Below, one piece after another: positions 51,901 through 63,230 of a stretch of DNA of 64,000 nucleotides. The stretch comes from Eledone cirrhosa (Eukaryota), in assembly GCA_964016885.1 (NCBI GenBank), contig OZ024757.1:32674001-32738000 (forward strand). Direction: 5' to 3'. Each line of letters opens with the position of its first letter. The first letter of the stretch is position 1. The translations under genes were made by a program, and so were the position numbers. The notes under the pieces were generated by a model. It made no database searches. It was not told where the DNA came from and saw only the letters and a program-made list of their open reading frames with translations.

Positions 51901-54900
51901 CGTTGTGGTGTGACTGAGTAGATCTGAGAATGGTGTTTCTTGTGATGTAATTGAGCAGATCTGAGAAAGGATAATGTTGTGGTGTGACTAAATAGATTTC
52001 AGAAACATGGTTGTTGTGGTGTGACTGAGTAGATCTGAGAAAGGATAATGTTGTGGTGTGATTAAATAGATTTTAGAAATGTGGTTGTTGTGAGTTTGAA
52101 TAGAAATGGGGGGAGGGGAGGGGGGCATTAAATAGATCTGAGAAAGGATGTTGTGAGATGGGGTAGATATGAGATAAGAAAGGTGATTGTTGTTGTAATC
52201 TGAGAAAAGAGGTTGTTGTTAGATTAAGTAGATCTGAGAATGGTGGTTGTTGTGTGATTGAGTAGATTTAAAAGAGGGAGTTCTGAGACTGAGTAGATTT
52301 AAAAAAGATAGTTGTTGTGAGATTGGGTAGATCTGAGAAAGGAGGTTGTTGCCTGTTGTGACTGAGTTGAGTAGAGAAGAGCTAAAAGCATTCCATTTGT
52401 GACCATCTCCCTTTATTTGTTATGGTCTGGAGAACTATAATGAATAGCCGGGAACTGCAGACTTTCTGAACTTGTAGTTAAGATAGTATTGTGTTGTTGT
52501 TTAGGATGGTGGATTGGTAATGTCAGAGCATTTGACAAAATACCATCTGGTTATTTTCATTCTTTCAAATCCCACTGAGGTCAGCTTTGCCTTTCATTAT
52601 TCCAGGGTCGGTAAAATAAAGTGCCAGTCAAATACTGGAGTCAATTTAATCAACTTTACTCTCTCCACCAAAATTGCAAGCCTTTTACCTAAATTAAAGC
52701 CATTATGATTGTTATTACTATTACTACTATTATTAGGCCTTGTGCCTAAATCAGAAACCATTATTATTATTTATTCTTTTGTTGTTTTTTTTTTGTTTTT
52801 AAGACTTCCATTGTGGCAGACCAGTTGGACAGTTTGGCACGAATATGTCGACATTACTATCAACAGAACTTTTATTTATGTCACCAAATATTTCTCTCCA
52901 GGCTCTGCTTGCCTCAAGCTGCATTTCCTTCATTCGACCTCAGTCTACAAGCTTTGAAAAAGAAAGCTACGAAGCCAAATGACAACATGCAAAGGTTAAA
53001 AAGAGATTTCTATGATAGTGATACATCCTGTGACGAAACCATCTCTCAGCAAACTCCAGACCAAACAGATGATCATGAAGTTAAACTAGTTAAAAACTGT
53101 TCTGAAGAACCAGCCAGTGTTAGTAAGACTGACAAAGAGAATGATCTGGTAGCTGACCAGAAAACATCTCCTAGTAACCTGGAGGAGGAGAAAACACTTC
53201 CATCAGGGGAGACATCTGGCTGGAAAACTCTGAGAGGTGTTGCCAAATTCTATGAGTGTTGCTCTGACATAGATATATTTTTAACTACTTCTTGTTGTTT
53301 GTCAGAACATTCTGCCAATCTTGATGCTTCAAGGTCTGCCATCAACTCCCACAGTTCTCTGACCGCTGGATTATGGGATGAATTTCCTATAGTAAGCAAT
53401 GAACTCCGCTACTGTCAGACATTTACAGAGCAGACGCTGGAAATAGCTACCAACTGGGAAGTGAGGTCCTACTTGGGATGTCGGCAAGATATCTCTTCTC
53501 CCTCCATCAGTGTAGACAGTTCAGGGCAGCTACTGCTACATGATAATACCTCAATGTCTCCTCACCAACACTTCTCAGGCATTATCAAATCACAGCCAAA
53601 AGACAGAAGGTTTGTATCGAAGAATTTTATTTATGAATTATCATTATTGTCATTGTTTTTATGTCCCTTTTTCTATGCTGGCATGGGTTGGACGGTATGT
53701 TTTGAGACAATGTTTTATAGCTGGATGCCCTTCCTGGTGCCAACCGTCTGCTATATATAATAATGAAAATTATTGTGTACAGAGCTCAGGTGCACTACAA
53801 TTCATCAAAGGCGCATGTATAGTACATAGAATAATGTCAGGAAAGTGAACAGTGTACGAGTCATGATATACACAAATACCTGTGTGCATATTAAAAGGAT
53901 TAAAATTAAAAGGTCATATCAACCTTACTTTACAGAGTGTACTGTGTGTGTATTATTAAATGGAGGCTGTTTTTTTATTTCCCCCTCTTGATATTTATTT
54001 TTAAAATCTCCCTCATAATTTTTTGTAGGAACCTTTCTTAAGTTATGTTCTAAACACCAGATAGAAATCATCTTCATTTAACGTCTACTTTTCACGCTAG
54101 CATGGGTTAAATTGGTTGTCCCATTTGAGGCAAGTTGGGTCAGGTGACCGTGCCCTATTCAAATTGAACTGTTTCTGGCTAGATTTCTACAGCTGGGTGC
54201 CCTTCTTAATGCCAACCACATTTACAGTATGGGCTGGGTGCTTTTTGTCATAACTTCTAAATGTGGCTACGAAAGGGTATGCTTACACTGTGTAATTATT
54301 TTTTTTTCTTTATTCAGTCTTTCTCTAGCTCGGCAAAAAGCTGTTGAAAATGTCATCCACAATCTTCCATTAACCCATTCACTACAAGCGAATCTGCTCT
54401 TCTTAGACTACTTTCCTGAACTTCGAAAGATCTGCCGTACAGAGAAAGTACGACAGTTGGCAAAACTGAAACGAAGGTATTTTATTTGTTTATTCTTCCA
54501 AATTCATAATTTTTTTTTTTTTTTAATTAATTGAACCATTGGCAGTGTATTTCATTAAAAATATGGTAATATAAAGATTAACTCTTTAGATTACTCTATA
54601 TATACTATTGTATTTTTGTGGTAAAGGCTTTATCTTACATAATTATCTCACATAATATCGAGTCTACGAGATTTTGATGTTATTTATTTTGAGAACAATA
54701 CCTTAACATTAGTTTGAGCAGCCAGTTATGGCCTGATTCAACAGAAAGAAGTAAGAGAATCCTGGCTGTATACGGCCGGTTTAAATGCTAAAGGGTTAAA
54801 GAAAAAAAACATACTTAATTTTTATGTATCAATACCAGAAATTCTTACAAATACCTTCTGTAAATGAGAAGTTAGTTATTTTACTAAATCACCTCAAATT

Positions 54901-55250
54901 CTTGATTATTTTCAAAATTATTTAAAAATTAAAGGCAGTGTCATTCATTAGAAATATAATGGCAGAGTTAAAGAGTATATTTAAAAAAGAAAAACTTTAA
55001 TTATAATTTCATGTAATAACCTTTAAGTTACACTACAAATACCAACTTATAGGCAATGTCTTCCATTAGAAATAAGGTAATAAAAGAGTTATGATTTTAT
55101 TTCAATACCAGTAATTCCTATATATATTGACTCATTATTTATTTATTTATCTGTCTTTTTTTTTATTGCAGATTCTTTCACTATTTTGACAACATCAACT
55201 TACCTTTGAAAGAATCAACACTAAATATTTTATCATCTGATTTTATGTGA
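27231..55250 (+). CDS. ATAD5: ATAD5/ELG1 (large subunit of the PCNA-unloading RFC-like complex), complete: 17 coding exons, 6144 nt including stop
   Basis: Motifs NILGYF, SYEEFL, KLAPIF, RAFLMSGLPE, LWTEKYQP, Walker A GPQGIGKT, VFEMNASS.RSGK...LQEATQSHQV, Walker B LILFDEVD, TKRPIILT, GDIRSCLLALQFW, LDYFPELRKICRTE and C-terminal RRFFHYF are all characteristic of ATAD5; exon lengths sum to a multiple of 3. Confidence 0.95.
28683..31207 (+). CDS. ATAD5: ATAD5 giant exon (2525 nt): N-terminal low-complexity region with PIP-like motifs and a 21-bp coding repeat
   Basis: 841-aa ORF; attag acceptor, TC|GTGAGT donor; KKTIADFF, PKNILGYF, SYEEFL, VSVVADIHP. Confidence 0.92.
29577..30290 (+). repeat. 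Coding minisatellite, 34 x 21 bp (ACTAAGTCAGATTTGACTGRC = TKSDLT[D/G])
   Basis: Directly visible; 714 bp, in frame. Confidence 0.98.
33205..33265 (+). CDS. ATAD5: ATAD5 exon (SVEKNVKKAKVTLHEDKTAE)
   Basis: tttgcag acceptor, GAA|GTAAGA donor; bridges phase 2 to phase 0. Confidence 0.8.
33905..34220 (+). CDS. ATAD5: ATAD5 exon (VTEVKHTS...EKIPQK)
   Basis: gttag acceptor, AAG|GTAATG donor, phase 0-1. Confidence 0.85.
34428..35452. repeat. Intronic minisatellite, about 22 x 46 bp (GGGTGCTTTTTGTTGTGATGCTTACACGACCACTACAATGTAGCAT)
   Basis: Near-identical head-to-tail units with no spacers; grows out of the internal repeat of a SINE/RTE-type tail starting near 34240. Confidence 0.97.
36761..37152 (+). 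CDS. ATAD5: ATAD5 exon (DGKLAPIF...KRAFLMSGLPEEAKRQ...HVQQ...PWDLP)
   Basis: gtag acceptor, AAG|GTTTGT donor; conserved ATAD5 motifs. Confidence 0.92.
38449..38608 (+). CDS. ATAD5: ATAD5 exon (KFSKHTPLLESEIKTILHEISAANPSYP...)
   Basis: tttcag acceptor, CAG|GTAGG donor, phase 0-1. Confidence 0.88.
38759..38797 (-). ncRNA. Minimal hammerhead ribozyme motif (Penelope-type)
   Basis: AUCUU-CUGAUGA-A-GGAC-uagu-GUCC-GAAAC-GUU/AAGAU; palindromic AACGUU; 5-bp stem I. Confidence 0.6.
39787..39969 (+). CDS. ATAD5: ATAD5 exon (IDKEVVNNQ...SSEEK)
   Basis: gctag acceptor, AAG|GTGAGT donor, phase 1-1. Confidence 0.85.
40754..41274. mobile_element. Composite TTAA-bounded element (MITE + SINE fragment + MITE); inverted copy at 47209-47746
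   Basis: Shared junction GTGGCACGAGTCTGAATAGCTAACTTTAATCCTTTC occurs as its reverse complement at 47435-47470. Confidence 0.8.
41466..41645 (+). CDS. ATAD5: ATAD5 exon, RFC box II (DILWTEKYQP...KLKSWLMEWK)
   Basis: cccag acceptor, AAG|GTAAG donor. Confidence 0.95.
41680..42200 (-). repeat. About 4 tandem ~70-bp copies of a LINE-tail motif, followed by a degenerate RTE-like fragment
   Basis: Repeated AAGGCCATTTTCCCTTCTAAAGC...CCCCATGATAA; related motif near 62990. Confidence 0.7.
42793..42962 (+). CDS. ATAD5: ATAD5 Walker A exon (LLTGPQGIGKTASVYALAMELGYQ)
   Basis: gatag acceptor, CAG|GTTGGT donor. Confidence 0.95.
43824..43945. repeat. ~45-bp-arm inverted repeat (hairpin) in ATAD5 intron
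   Basis: TATGGCTAAGTAGTGCGTCTTGTTAATCTGGAGTTTCACCTGC / GCAGGTGAAACTCCAGAGTAACAAGACACACTACTTAGCCATA. Confidence 0.9.
45473..45602 (+). CDS. ATAD5: ATAD5 exon (VFEMNASSIRSGKKILTRLQEATQSHQV)
   Basis: tatag acceptor, CAG|GTAAAA donor. Confidence 0.95.
46553..46726 (+). CDS. ATAD5: ATAD5 exon (GSQKNPDIPSFSNFFKT...)
   Basis: tttcag acceptor, CT|GTGAGT donor, phase 1-1, open frame. Confidence 0.82.
48248..48438 (+). CDS. ATAD5: ATAD5 exon ending in Walker B (STSLILFDE)
   Basis: actag acceptor, GAA|GTAAGT donor. Confidence 0.9.
49064..49097 (-). ncRNA. Degenerate hammerhead-like motif
   Basis: CUGAGGA-A-GGGC-uuau-GCCC-GAAA-UGUC; weak stem I. Confidence 0.4.
49723..49881 (+). CDS. ATAD5: ATAD5 exon (VDVVFEEDKGFWAAILQFMSSTKRPIILT)
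   Basis: ttgcag acceptor, ACA|GTAAGT donor. Confidence 0.95.
50195..50875 (+). mobile_element. Degenerate mariner transposase relic
   Basis: Remnants of CIKF..KLG..ETI.KIQQAF, LHH.NA..HSSQLIQGFLAK and PDFWLFPEMKMPL; ends GACCTCATA. Confidence 0.75.
51301..51705 (+). CDS. ATAD5: ATAD5 exon (LCLAEN...GDIRSCLLALQFW...)
   Basis: ttttag acceptor, AAG|GTATTT donor. Confidence 0.92.
51755..52370. repeat. Degenerate ~38-bp tandem repeat
   Basis: GTTGTGGTGTGACTAAATAGATTTCAGAAA and GAGTAGATCTGAGAAAGG variants. Confidence 0.85.
52804..53609 (+). CDS. ATAD5: ATAD5 806-nt exon (TSIVADQLDSLARIC...QPKDR)
   Basis: 315-aa ORF; ttaag acceptor, AG|GTTTGT donor, phase 0-2. Confidence 0.85.
54318..54476 (+). 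CDS. ATAD5: ATAD5 exon (LFLDYFPELRKICRTEKVRQLAKLKR)
   Basis: ttcag acceptor, AAG|GTATTT donor, phase 2-2. Confidence 0.93.
55172..55250 (+). CDS. ATAD5: ATAD5 last coding exon (FFHYFDNINLPLKESTLNILSSDFM*)
   Basis: ttgcag acceptor; TGA at 55248-55250; typical ATAD5 C-terminus. Confidence 0.93.
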
Positions 55251-55451
55251 TATGAACCACCAACGTTTTATTCCAAATTCCTGCTCTGGAACATGAGAGA
55301 ATATAGAGGAGCAGAAACTGCCAAAATCATTTCATTGAGACTATAATTACTGTATTATATTTTAATGATAATTTTCACTCCATTTTTGAACATTTGTTCT
55401 GTGTTGAGTTTGTATTTAAAATCATTCCCTGTGTCTTAAAAAAAATATATA

Positions 55452-56420
55452 TATGAGGTCTGTCGTAAAAGTATCTGACTTTAGGATGGGGGGGGGGGGG
55501 GACAAATTATATAATTGTTAATTCCCTTTGAAGTGAGCCTTTTGTGCCTCCTGACACTTAGCCCAGCAACCCTTCTACTATTTTAAGCTTGTCTGGAATA
55601 CTTCTTTCAGAATGGGTCTCAGCTCCACTGTCACATTCCACGTGGTGTCCTCACAACTTTCAAAGTGGGATCTTTTCAAGCATCTTCGTTTTTAGAAACA
55701 ACTAGAAGTCAGAAAACCCCATGTCTGGAGAGTAAAGAGCCTGGCAGATGAATGGAATGCTTTCCTTTGACAAGAAACCTTGAATCAGCAGCAATGAACA
55801 ATCCAAAGTCCAATGATCTGGTCTCTTGTGCCAAATTACATCACAAAAATGTCACAGGACTTCTTGATAGTAGTCATCAGTAACTGTTTGTCCTTCTGGT
55901 GCGTATTCGTGATAATCAATGCCTTGATTAATCAAAGAAAACAGTCAATATCACTTTGATTTTGCTCTGCATCTGACATGCTTTTCTGGTCCCTGATTAT
56001 ATTAAATGCTTCCATTGAGGAAACAGCTTTCATCTCCAGGTTAACCCTTTAGCATATAAATCGGCTGTATCAAGCCAGAATTCTCTCACCTCTTTCTGTT
56101 CAAACCAGCTGTAACCAGCCACTCATACTGATGTTAAGGTATTGTTTTCAACATAAATAATATCAAAATCTCATAGATTCGATATTATGTGACGTAAAGC
56201 CTTAACCTTAAAATACAATAGTAAATATAGAGTAATGTAAATGCTAAAGGGTTCTACCCTTCTACCTACATCTCATTTCCTATAACCATTGGATTCAGGA
56301 ACTCAAGATCCTTGTTGGTAGTATCAGGTGACATGAAAATGCAACAAATAAGTAGTACAGCACCTCACACACTGGCACATCCAGTGAGCTTGCCAAAAAC
56401 AAATAAGTAGTACAGCACCT
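55452..56420 (-). mobile_element. Second mariner relic of the same family, opposite orientation, interrupted by a TTAA MITE
   Basis: Starts TATGAGGTCTGT; AATTCCCTTTGAAG resembles the reverse complement of the end of the 50195 relic. Confidence 0.65.
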
Positions 56421-59209
56421 CACACACTGGCACATCCAGTGGGCTTGCCAAAAACAATGCATGTGGTTCTACTCTGCAGACTTTTGTCTCCCTAACATCA
56501 TTACTTCCCACCAGAAAAAATAAAGTCAGATACCTTTCCAACAGACCTCATATGCCATTCTCATCCCTCCCAGTCCTAGTTCCCCTTCCCTTTCGCCAGT
56601 CTCGCATGCTTTCTCTGACCAATTATCCTCCTATTTACATCGCAAGTATTTCTTTCCTCTATCTTTCTTTCTTTTCATCGTCATCTAGTCACAAGGCCTT
56701 GTATATTTTCCTTCCTTTCAGCATTATCTCTCTGCACAAATATGTTTGTTATACTTATATCTTATTATTTATGGATTGGCAGTATCGGTAGAGGGTCGGA
56801 CGCCATGCTTTCCAGCATAGTTACGTCCCTTTATGATCTGAGTTCAAATCCCGCCGAGGTTGACTTTGCCTTTCATCCTTACGGGGTCGATAAAATAAAG
56901 TACCAGTAATGCACTGGGTAATTTGCTGGCCTTGTGCCTAAAGTAGAAACAATTATTTATATTCGAAAGAATTTTTTTATTCATATTTCCATATCCCAAC
57001 TCATTCTTTTGTCTTTTTCTCAACTTTGCTTTTTTGCTTTTCTTTCCAGCTTCTGTGTTGTCCAAAATAGTCGAAAGACACTATTATTTTGTATATTTGT
57101 GTCTCGTGTTGTATATTTGTCTGTCACTAGATCTTTATAAGCCACTGAATACGTTATAAGTTTCAGGATGTTTTAAATGGTTATCCTGTGTAGATGAATG
57201 GTTTGTGATAGCAGTGTAAACTTTATACTGAAATGCTGTCAGTGAAGTGTGAACAGATAATGAGTTTAGTGAAGAATTTAATGTGCAGATAGGTATGTGT
57301 CCATCTGTCATTTTATAGGTGTGTGGACATTCATTGTCTCTATATAAGTATATGTACTTGCTAGCAGTGTTTGTGTACTTGGATGTCTGCTATCACTCTC
57401 TCTCTCTCTATCTGTTTTTTTTTGGCGGGGGGGGGGGGGGGGTCTCAATTTTGAGATTTATATCTAGAAATGGAGTTGTTGTTGTACTTTTCCGAATGGA
57501 AAATTTTGGAACAGTATGAGGAGGGTGTCAGTTTCACGAAACCATTTGCTACATTGGCTATACAATTACAACACTCTCTCAAAGACTTACCGTGTATTTA
57601 CGAGAAGCAATAGGAGCATATCACACCACAAAACAAAACAAAGCTAAATAGGAAAACATTAATAGAAAATATGTTCATATTGTACAGAATTTCAAACAAA
57701 AAATAGACATTTAACCATGGAAGTGATACTTGTATCATAATACAGTACCAAGATTAACCCTCTTGATACTAAGACATCTATAAGAAAAAAATCACCCATT
57801 TTAAAGGGTTTGTATTTACATTAAAATCTAACATGATTTTATATTATAAGAACCATATGTTTAGTTACTATCTTAATAATGAAATAATAATTTTAGTAAA
57901 TCCTCAAATTTCTTCATTAATCCTTTTAATACCAACTCACCCCCTAAACCAGCTCTGGTTCTATGAAACAAAACCCCTACAGGGTTCTTATTTAAATTAA
58001 AATCTTCCAACAATTTTATATAAGAATTATATGTTAAGTTACTAATCTTAGCAATGAAATAATAATTTTAGTAAAAGGGTAAAGACCCCCTTGGGTCACG
58101 AATGACCATGGGATTTGAACCGAGAAAGTTCCCCTCTGAGGCACAAGTCCGGGCAAGGTTGTTTGTGGAAGACCAACAGTCACCCATGCATACCAGCCTC
58201 CCCTCTCCACGCCACCAATGTTTTCCAAGGGAACGGTAATGGCTGATGCAGCTTGGCACCAAAGATGTCAACAAATTTCTATAGCTGTATAAACTGAAAC
58301 AATGTGAAATAAAGTATCTTACTCAAGGACGCAACACATCACCCGGTCCGAGAATCAAACTCACAACCTCCCAATTGCAAGCCTAATGTTCTAACCACTA
58401 AGCCATGTGCCTTTACATTAAGAATTTTAATAAATCCCTCGAAATTCATCATTAATTTATTTGAAATGAATTTCATCAGAAATATGGTCATGGTTAATTC
58501 ACAATCCATAGTACAATGCTAACCATCTAAACAGCACACATGTAAACATGTGACTTATGTATAAGTCTAACAGTCAAGATTCAAGGTTCAAATTCCAATA
58601 AGAAAGCCATTACAATGCTGATAAAGAAGTAAAAATAAGCCAACAACATTCCATATCCTGATGATAAAGCTGTGAAAGTCTGGATACATTGATTAAATTA
58701 TGGATTTAGGAACTTTGTTGTAAAGGACTTATATAAGAAAATATGAGGAACATCTTATAAAAAAACAAGTTAAAACTGGAACATTACCATGTCTAAAAGC
58801 TGACCAAACATTTACATTTGTGCCCACATTAAAAAAAAAAGAGCAGTAACTCAGTACTCTATACTTATGGAAAGTATAGAGATGCTTTACCCGATAGCTA
58901 AGCTGTTGGGCAAAGAACCCCTATAATAATAATATATGTGTGAGAGTATATAACCTATCCTATAAGATAGGTTCCCAATGGGTGCCAGTTACATGGTAGT
59001 AGATTCGAACTCTAAACCTAACTGTTACAAAGCGAACAACTGAACCATACAGCCATTCCTGCACCAATGAATAAAAAGAATTTCCGCTAAAATCTTGCTA
59101 TGATCATCCAACTTTGTCATGGTCTATATATATTCTTGTGATGCCATCATGATGAGGACAACAGCTCAAATCCCTCCTCAATCACCTTGTAAGTGACTTT
59201 TTTACTTAG

Positions 59210-59605
59210 TTTATGCCCCCTAACACGACTACTCTAATCCAGCCCATGGATCAACAGGTGATTTCAAACATTAAGAAGCTCTACACCAAAACACTTTTTC
59301 AAAGGTGTTTTGAAGGAACCCCTGACACAGAATTAACACTCATTTAATATCCTCCATTGCTTAACTCTCATTGACAAAGCCTGGAGGAAATTGTGCTACA
59401 GGCAGAGACTTCGAAGGCTGAAGATTTTGTTGTTGATGATATTGTGTCTCTAGGCAAAAGCATGGGGAGTTACTTGACTTCAAAATTGAGCTCTCAACAG
59501 AACTTCAGGAGTTGCAGGAAATGTCTTCAGAGCAAGAAGATATTCCTACTTTGATCTGTGAAATTTGTGCAAAATATGGTGAAGTGCAAAGCTTCGTAAA
59601 ACGAT
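59210..59605 (+). mobile_element. Tigger/pogo transposase relic
   Basis: PPNTTTLIQPMDQQVISNIKKLYTK, FNILHCLTLIDKAW and DDIVSLGKSMG, with frameshifts. Confidence 0.8.
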
Positions 59606-60515
59606 ATAAGACTGGCTGCCCATGGGAACTTCTCTATGCTGTCAAACTGGTACTTTAGCAGAATCAGTAGAGGAGCTAGAGAATAAAATCTGGCTATGGA
59701 AACAGCAGTTGGAATCAAGAGGACTGAGAGTGAACCTAGCTAAGACAAAGCTGTTGATAAGTAGGAAAGAGGACAAAACTCTGATTCCATCAGAGAAATG
59801 GCCATGTTCGATATGTAGGAAAGGAGTTGGCATAAATTTTATAAAATGTACTCAATGCAGATCTTGGGTACACAAGAGATGTAGTGGGATAGCAGGCAAA
59901 CTAACAGGTAGGGAAAACTACGTATGCAGTAGATGTACAAGGAATTTGACAGTAGAAGTTGCAGTGATAGACGCATTTTTCAAATGCAGGTAGGATCTAT
60001 AGAGGTGGTTCATAGCTTCCGATAGTGAGGGTGCTCCGAGGCCATAGTATCTAGAATAAGGATGGGTTGGAAGAAGTTTAGGGAGTTGCTTCCTCTGTTG
60101 ACAAAGAAGGGTTTTTCCCTATGTACGAAACGACGGTTATATGATGCATGGTAGGGAGTCATGGGCAGCAACTGTGGAGGGAAATGAAGTAAGCATGCTC
60201 TGTTGGATGTGAAATGTCAATGTGCGTGAACAACCCAGCATAGACGAGTTGAGAGAGAAACTGTGTATAAGAGGGATAGGCTGTAGTGTGCAGGAGAGAA
60301 GACTGCATTGGTATGGATGTGATGCACAGAGGATAACTGCTGGGTAAAGAAGTGTCAAGAAATTCCAGTAGAAAGAAGACCATGAAAAACATGGGCAGGG
60401 GTGGTGAGAGCAGACCTCAGATTGCTGAAGCTCACAGAGGAGATGCCGTGCTGAATAGGAGCTGTCCCACCCTTGCAAGCAGGGAAAAGCGGACGTAAAA
60501 TGATGGGGATGATGA
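59605..60515 (+). mobile_element. Degenerate RTE-type LINE 3' fragment with a PHD-like Cys cluster and (TGA)n tail
   Basis: LESRGLRVNLAKTK, WPCSICRKGVG...CTQCRSWVHKRCSGI...CSRC, then disrupted RLHWYG. Confidence 0.85.
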
Positions 60516-60649
60516 TATCACCCTGATAAAACAGTAGCAAGCTACGTCATAATCCTTTTCAATGACAATGCCATGTCTCACTTTAGAAACATTTAAAAAT
60601 GTAGACAAAAACAAATCACATCGGACAAGTTTTTAGTGAGATAGAGGCC

Positions 60650-62775
60650 CATACCTACCTATATGTCTGTCTGTCTATCTAACGATCTACCTACATATCT
60701 GTCTGTCTACCTATCCATATGCCCCTCTGTCCATCTCTACATACCTACCTATATATCTATCTATCTCTGTCTATTCGACAGGGATGCCCTCTCTCCTCCC
60801 TTCTGTACGTACTGACTCTCGAGCCACTACTGCGGAAGCTGGAGCTATTGCAGGGCATCCCTCTGGAACCGGGACTGCGGAAAGCGGCGTCGGCCTACGC
60901 CGACGACGTGCCAGTAATGGTGTCGAGCGCCTCGCAAATCGAGGAAGTCGGCACCTTACTAAAGGAATACGAAAGTCTCACAGGAGCGAAGCTGAACCGG
61001 GACAAGTCCATCGGTTTGCAACTCGGATCGTGGAGAGGCAGACCGATGCCTTCCGATGGCGTCGTCGGACGCTGGACGGAAGGACCGGTAAAGCTGCTCG
61101 GGGTCTGGTTTGGTCCGGACCTCCAGGTGGAGAAGAACTGGAACGAAGTGACGGCCAAGGTGTTTGCACTCACCCAGAAGTGGGCCGAGTGCAAACTATC
61201 CTTGAAAGGTCGAGCGGAGGTGGCGAACACTTTTATAGCGTCCGCCATCTACTACCGCTTGACCGTCGTGCCTTGTCCAGCCAAAACGCTCGCCAAAATG
61301 GAGCGCGCCCTCTTCCGATTCCTTTGGAAGAGGCGGGCTCCTTTGGTAAGAAGATCCATCTGCTGCCAACACCCTTCTAACGGAGGGCTGGGGATGCCGT
61401 GGTTGACGATGCGCAAACACGCGCTCAGGCTGCGGCATCTCTACGTATTCCTCACCGGACAACCGGTGTGGGCCCCGTTCGTGAGGCGAGCCTTCCCACG
61501 ACTCGTCTCGCTGACCGAGCTGCAGTCCTGGGTCAAGCAGAGACCGAGGAAAATGGGCGACTGGCACATCGAATGTGCTCAGGCGCTCACAGCCCTCTGG
61601 CAGGCGGACCCAGCGATCAGTGGAGACTCCACTTCGTCATTCTATAGAGGGTTGGTCCGCAGCAAGTGCGACGACGCGCTCGGTGAAACTCTAGGCGTGG
61701 AGGAAGATGAACTGGCCAGTCTGTTCGGTAGGACCTTCCGCCCGGGACCGATGGACAACTTCCAAAAGTCCCTGGCCTGGCAGTGCTACCGAGGAGCTCT
61801 ACCAGTTCGAGACAAGCTCTACAGACATGGGCGCCCGGGCAGGGACCCTGCAAAAAAGATCTGTCCGAGGTGCGTGCGAGACGAAGAAACCGTCGCGCAC
61901 GCATTCATACACTGCCCGGGCGTCACTGACCTGTGGGGCTATGTAGAACGACTATTGTCGCGGGTGGGACCAATCCAGTTGACCACCGAGTCCATTGTCA
62001 TGATCAAACCGCCACCCTCCTTCAAAAACGAAGGAGAGGCGGTTTTCCTTTGTGTGATAGCTATGGCGAAAGAGGTTGTATGGTGGACAAGGTTGAAAGG
62101 GCTGAGGTCAGACACCTTTCTCTCCGGCCAACAACTGATTCTTTTTTTCAAATACCACTTTGGAAGAAGAATCAGGATGGAGAGAGAGGTGCTGTACCCC
62201 AGCAAGTTTTATGAAAGGTGGGTGAAAGTGGCGAGAATGGCCCGAGTGAATGGGCCTTCTCTCTATATCAGCCTGTAGGTTGAGGAAAAGGAGGAGGAGA
62301 GGAAAGGAGTACAAGCTCTTCGTACTCCTGGAGATGAGGGTTGCACATTTTTTTCGGGGGTCTGTGTTACCCATATAAACTGTCTCCCTCTATTGGGGAA
62401 AATCGACTAACTTTTAAATTCCATCTGTGATAACATTTTACACGTTTTTATTGTATGTAAACTTCCCCCTTTGTATTTGTCCCCTTCTTTTGTGCCCCTG
62501 TGGCTAATAAAGAAATATATCTATCTCTGTCTATCTACTTACCTACAAATCGCTATCTATCTACATACCCACACATCTATTTGACCATCTGTCTACATAC
62601 CTACCTGTATGTCTATCTATATATCTAACTACCTACATACCTGTCTATCTATATATCTATCTGCCTCTCTGTATCTCTCTCTCTATCTACTTACCTACCT
62701 ATATATGTATCTGTCTAACTACCTAAATATCTGTCTGTCTATCTATCTGCCTATATATCTATATGTATCTATTCA
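60650..62775. repeat. Degenerate (TCTA/CCTA/TCTG)n microsatellite field split by the Tx1-like insertion
   Basis: Visible at 60650-60774 and 62516-62775. Confidence 0.9.
60775..62517 (+). mobile_element. 5'-truncated L1-superfamily (Tx1-like) LINE with intact RT C-terminal half and CCHC zinc knuckle
   Basis: IRQGCPLSSLLY, SAYADDV, LSLKGRAEVAN, GGLGMP, CPRC...ETVAHAFIHC; GC-rich against the AT-rich host; AATAAA at the 3' end; 17-bp duplicate TATCTATCTCTGTCTAT at 60758-60774 and 62518-62534. Confidence 0.93.
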
Positions 62776-63182
62776 AATGTTCTAATTGTTTACCCTTCAA
62801 TTACCAACCAACCAGCATAAGCCGTCAACTAGTAATAACCAAACATCTATTGTGAGTTAAAAAATTATATTTTAAATAACATCTTGTTATTTTGTTAAAT
62901 ATCTTTTGATACTAACCTAACCAAGACCACCTCTGGTATTATGAAATCAAACCACCCTTTTTAAAAAGTTCCCATTTAAATTAAAATAAAACAAGGGTTT
63001 TAAGGTCATTTTCCCTGCCAAAGCCGATGACAAGCTTTGTACCCATCTTCGTTCCTTTTTAAGGCAATGTTGTCTTTTACAGCAGAGTGCCTTTCCTGGT
63101 ATCAACTCTTTTAGTCACCTTTTATCTAGCTCTCATTTTCCTTACACATCACGTGTCCATACCAGCACAATTGGCTGTGCTG

Positions 63183-63230
<48 letters not shown>

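Noticed and set aside
58560-58900. Possible Penelope ORF relic
   Set aside because: Too degenerate to support by eye
59790-59940. PHD-like Cys cluster as a host gene exon
   Set aside because: Embedded in frame in an RTE-type LINE fragment
60719-60774. N-terminal MPLCPSLHTYLYIYLSL of the 519-aa ORF as a real start
   Set aside because: It is read through the flanking microsatellite; the element is 5'-truncated within the RT domain
60784-62374. Multiple overlapping ORFs in other frames
   Set aside because: Shadow ORFs of the GC-rich LINE ORF2
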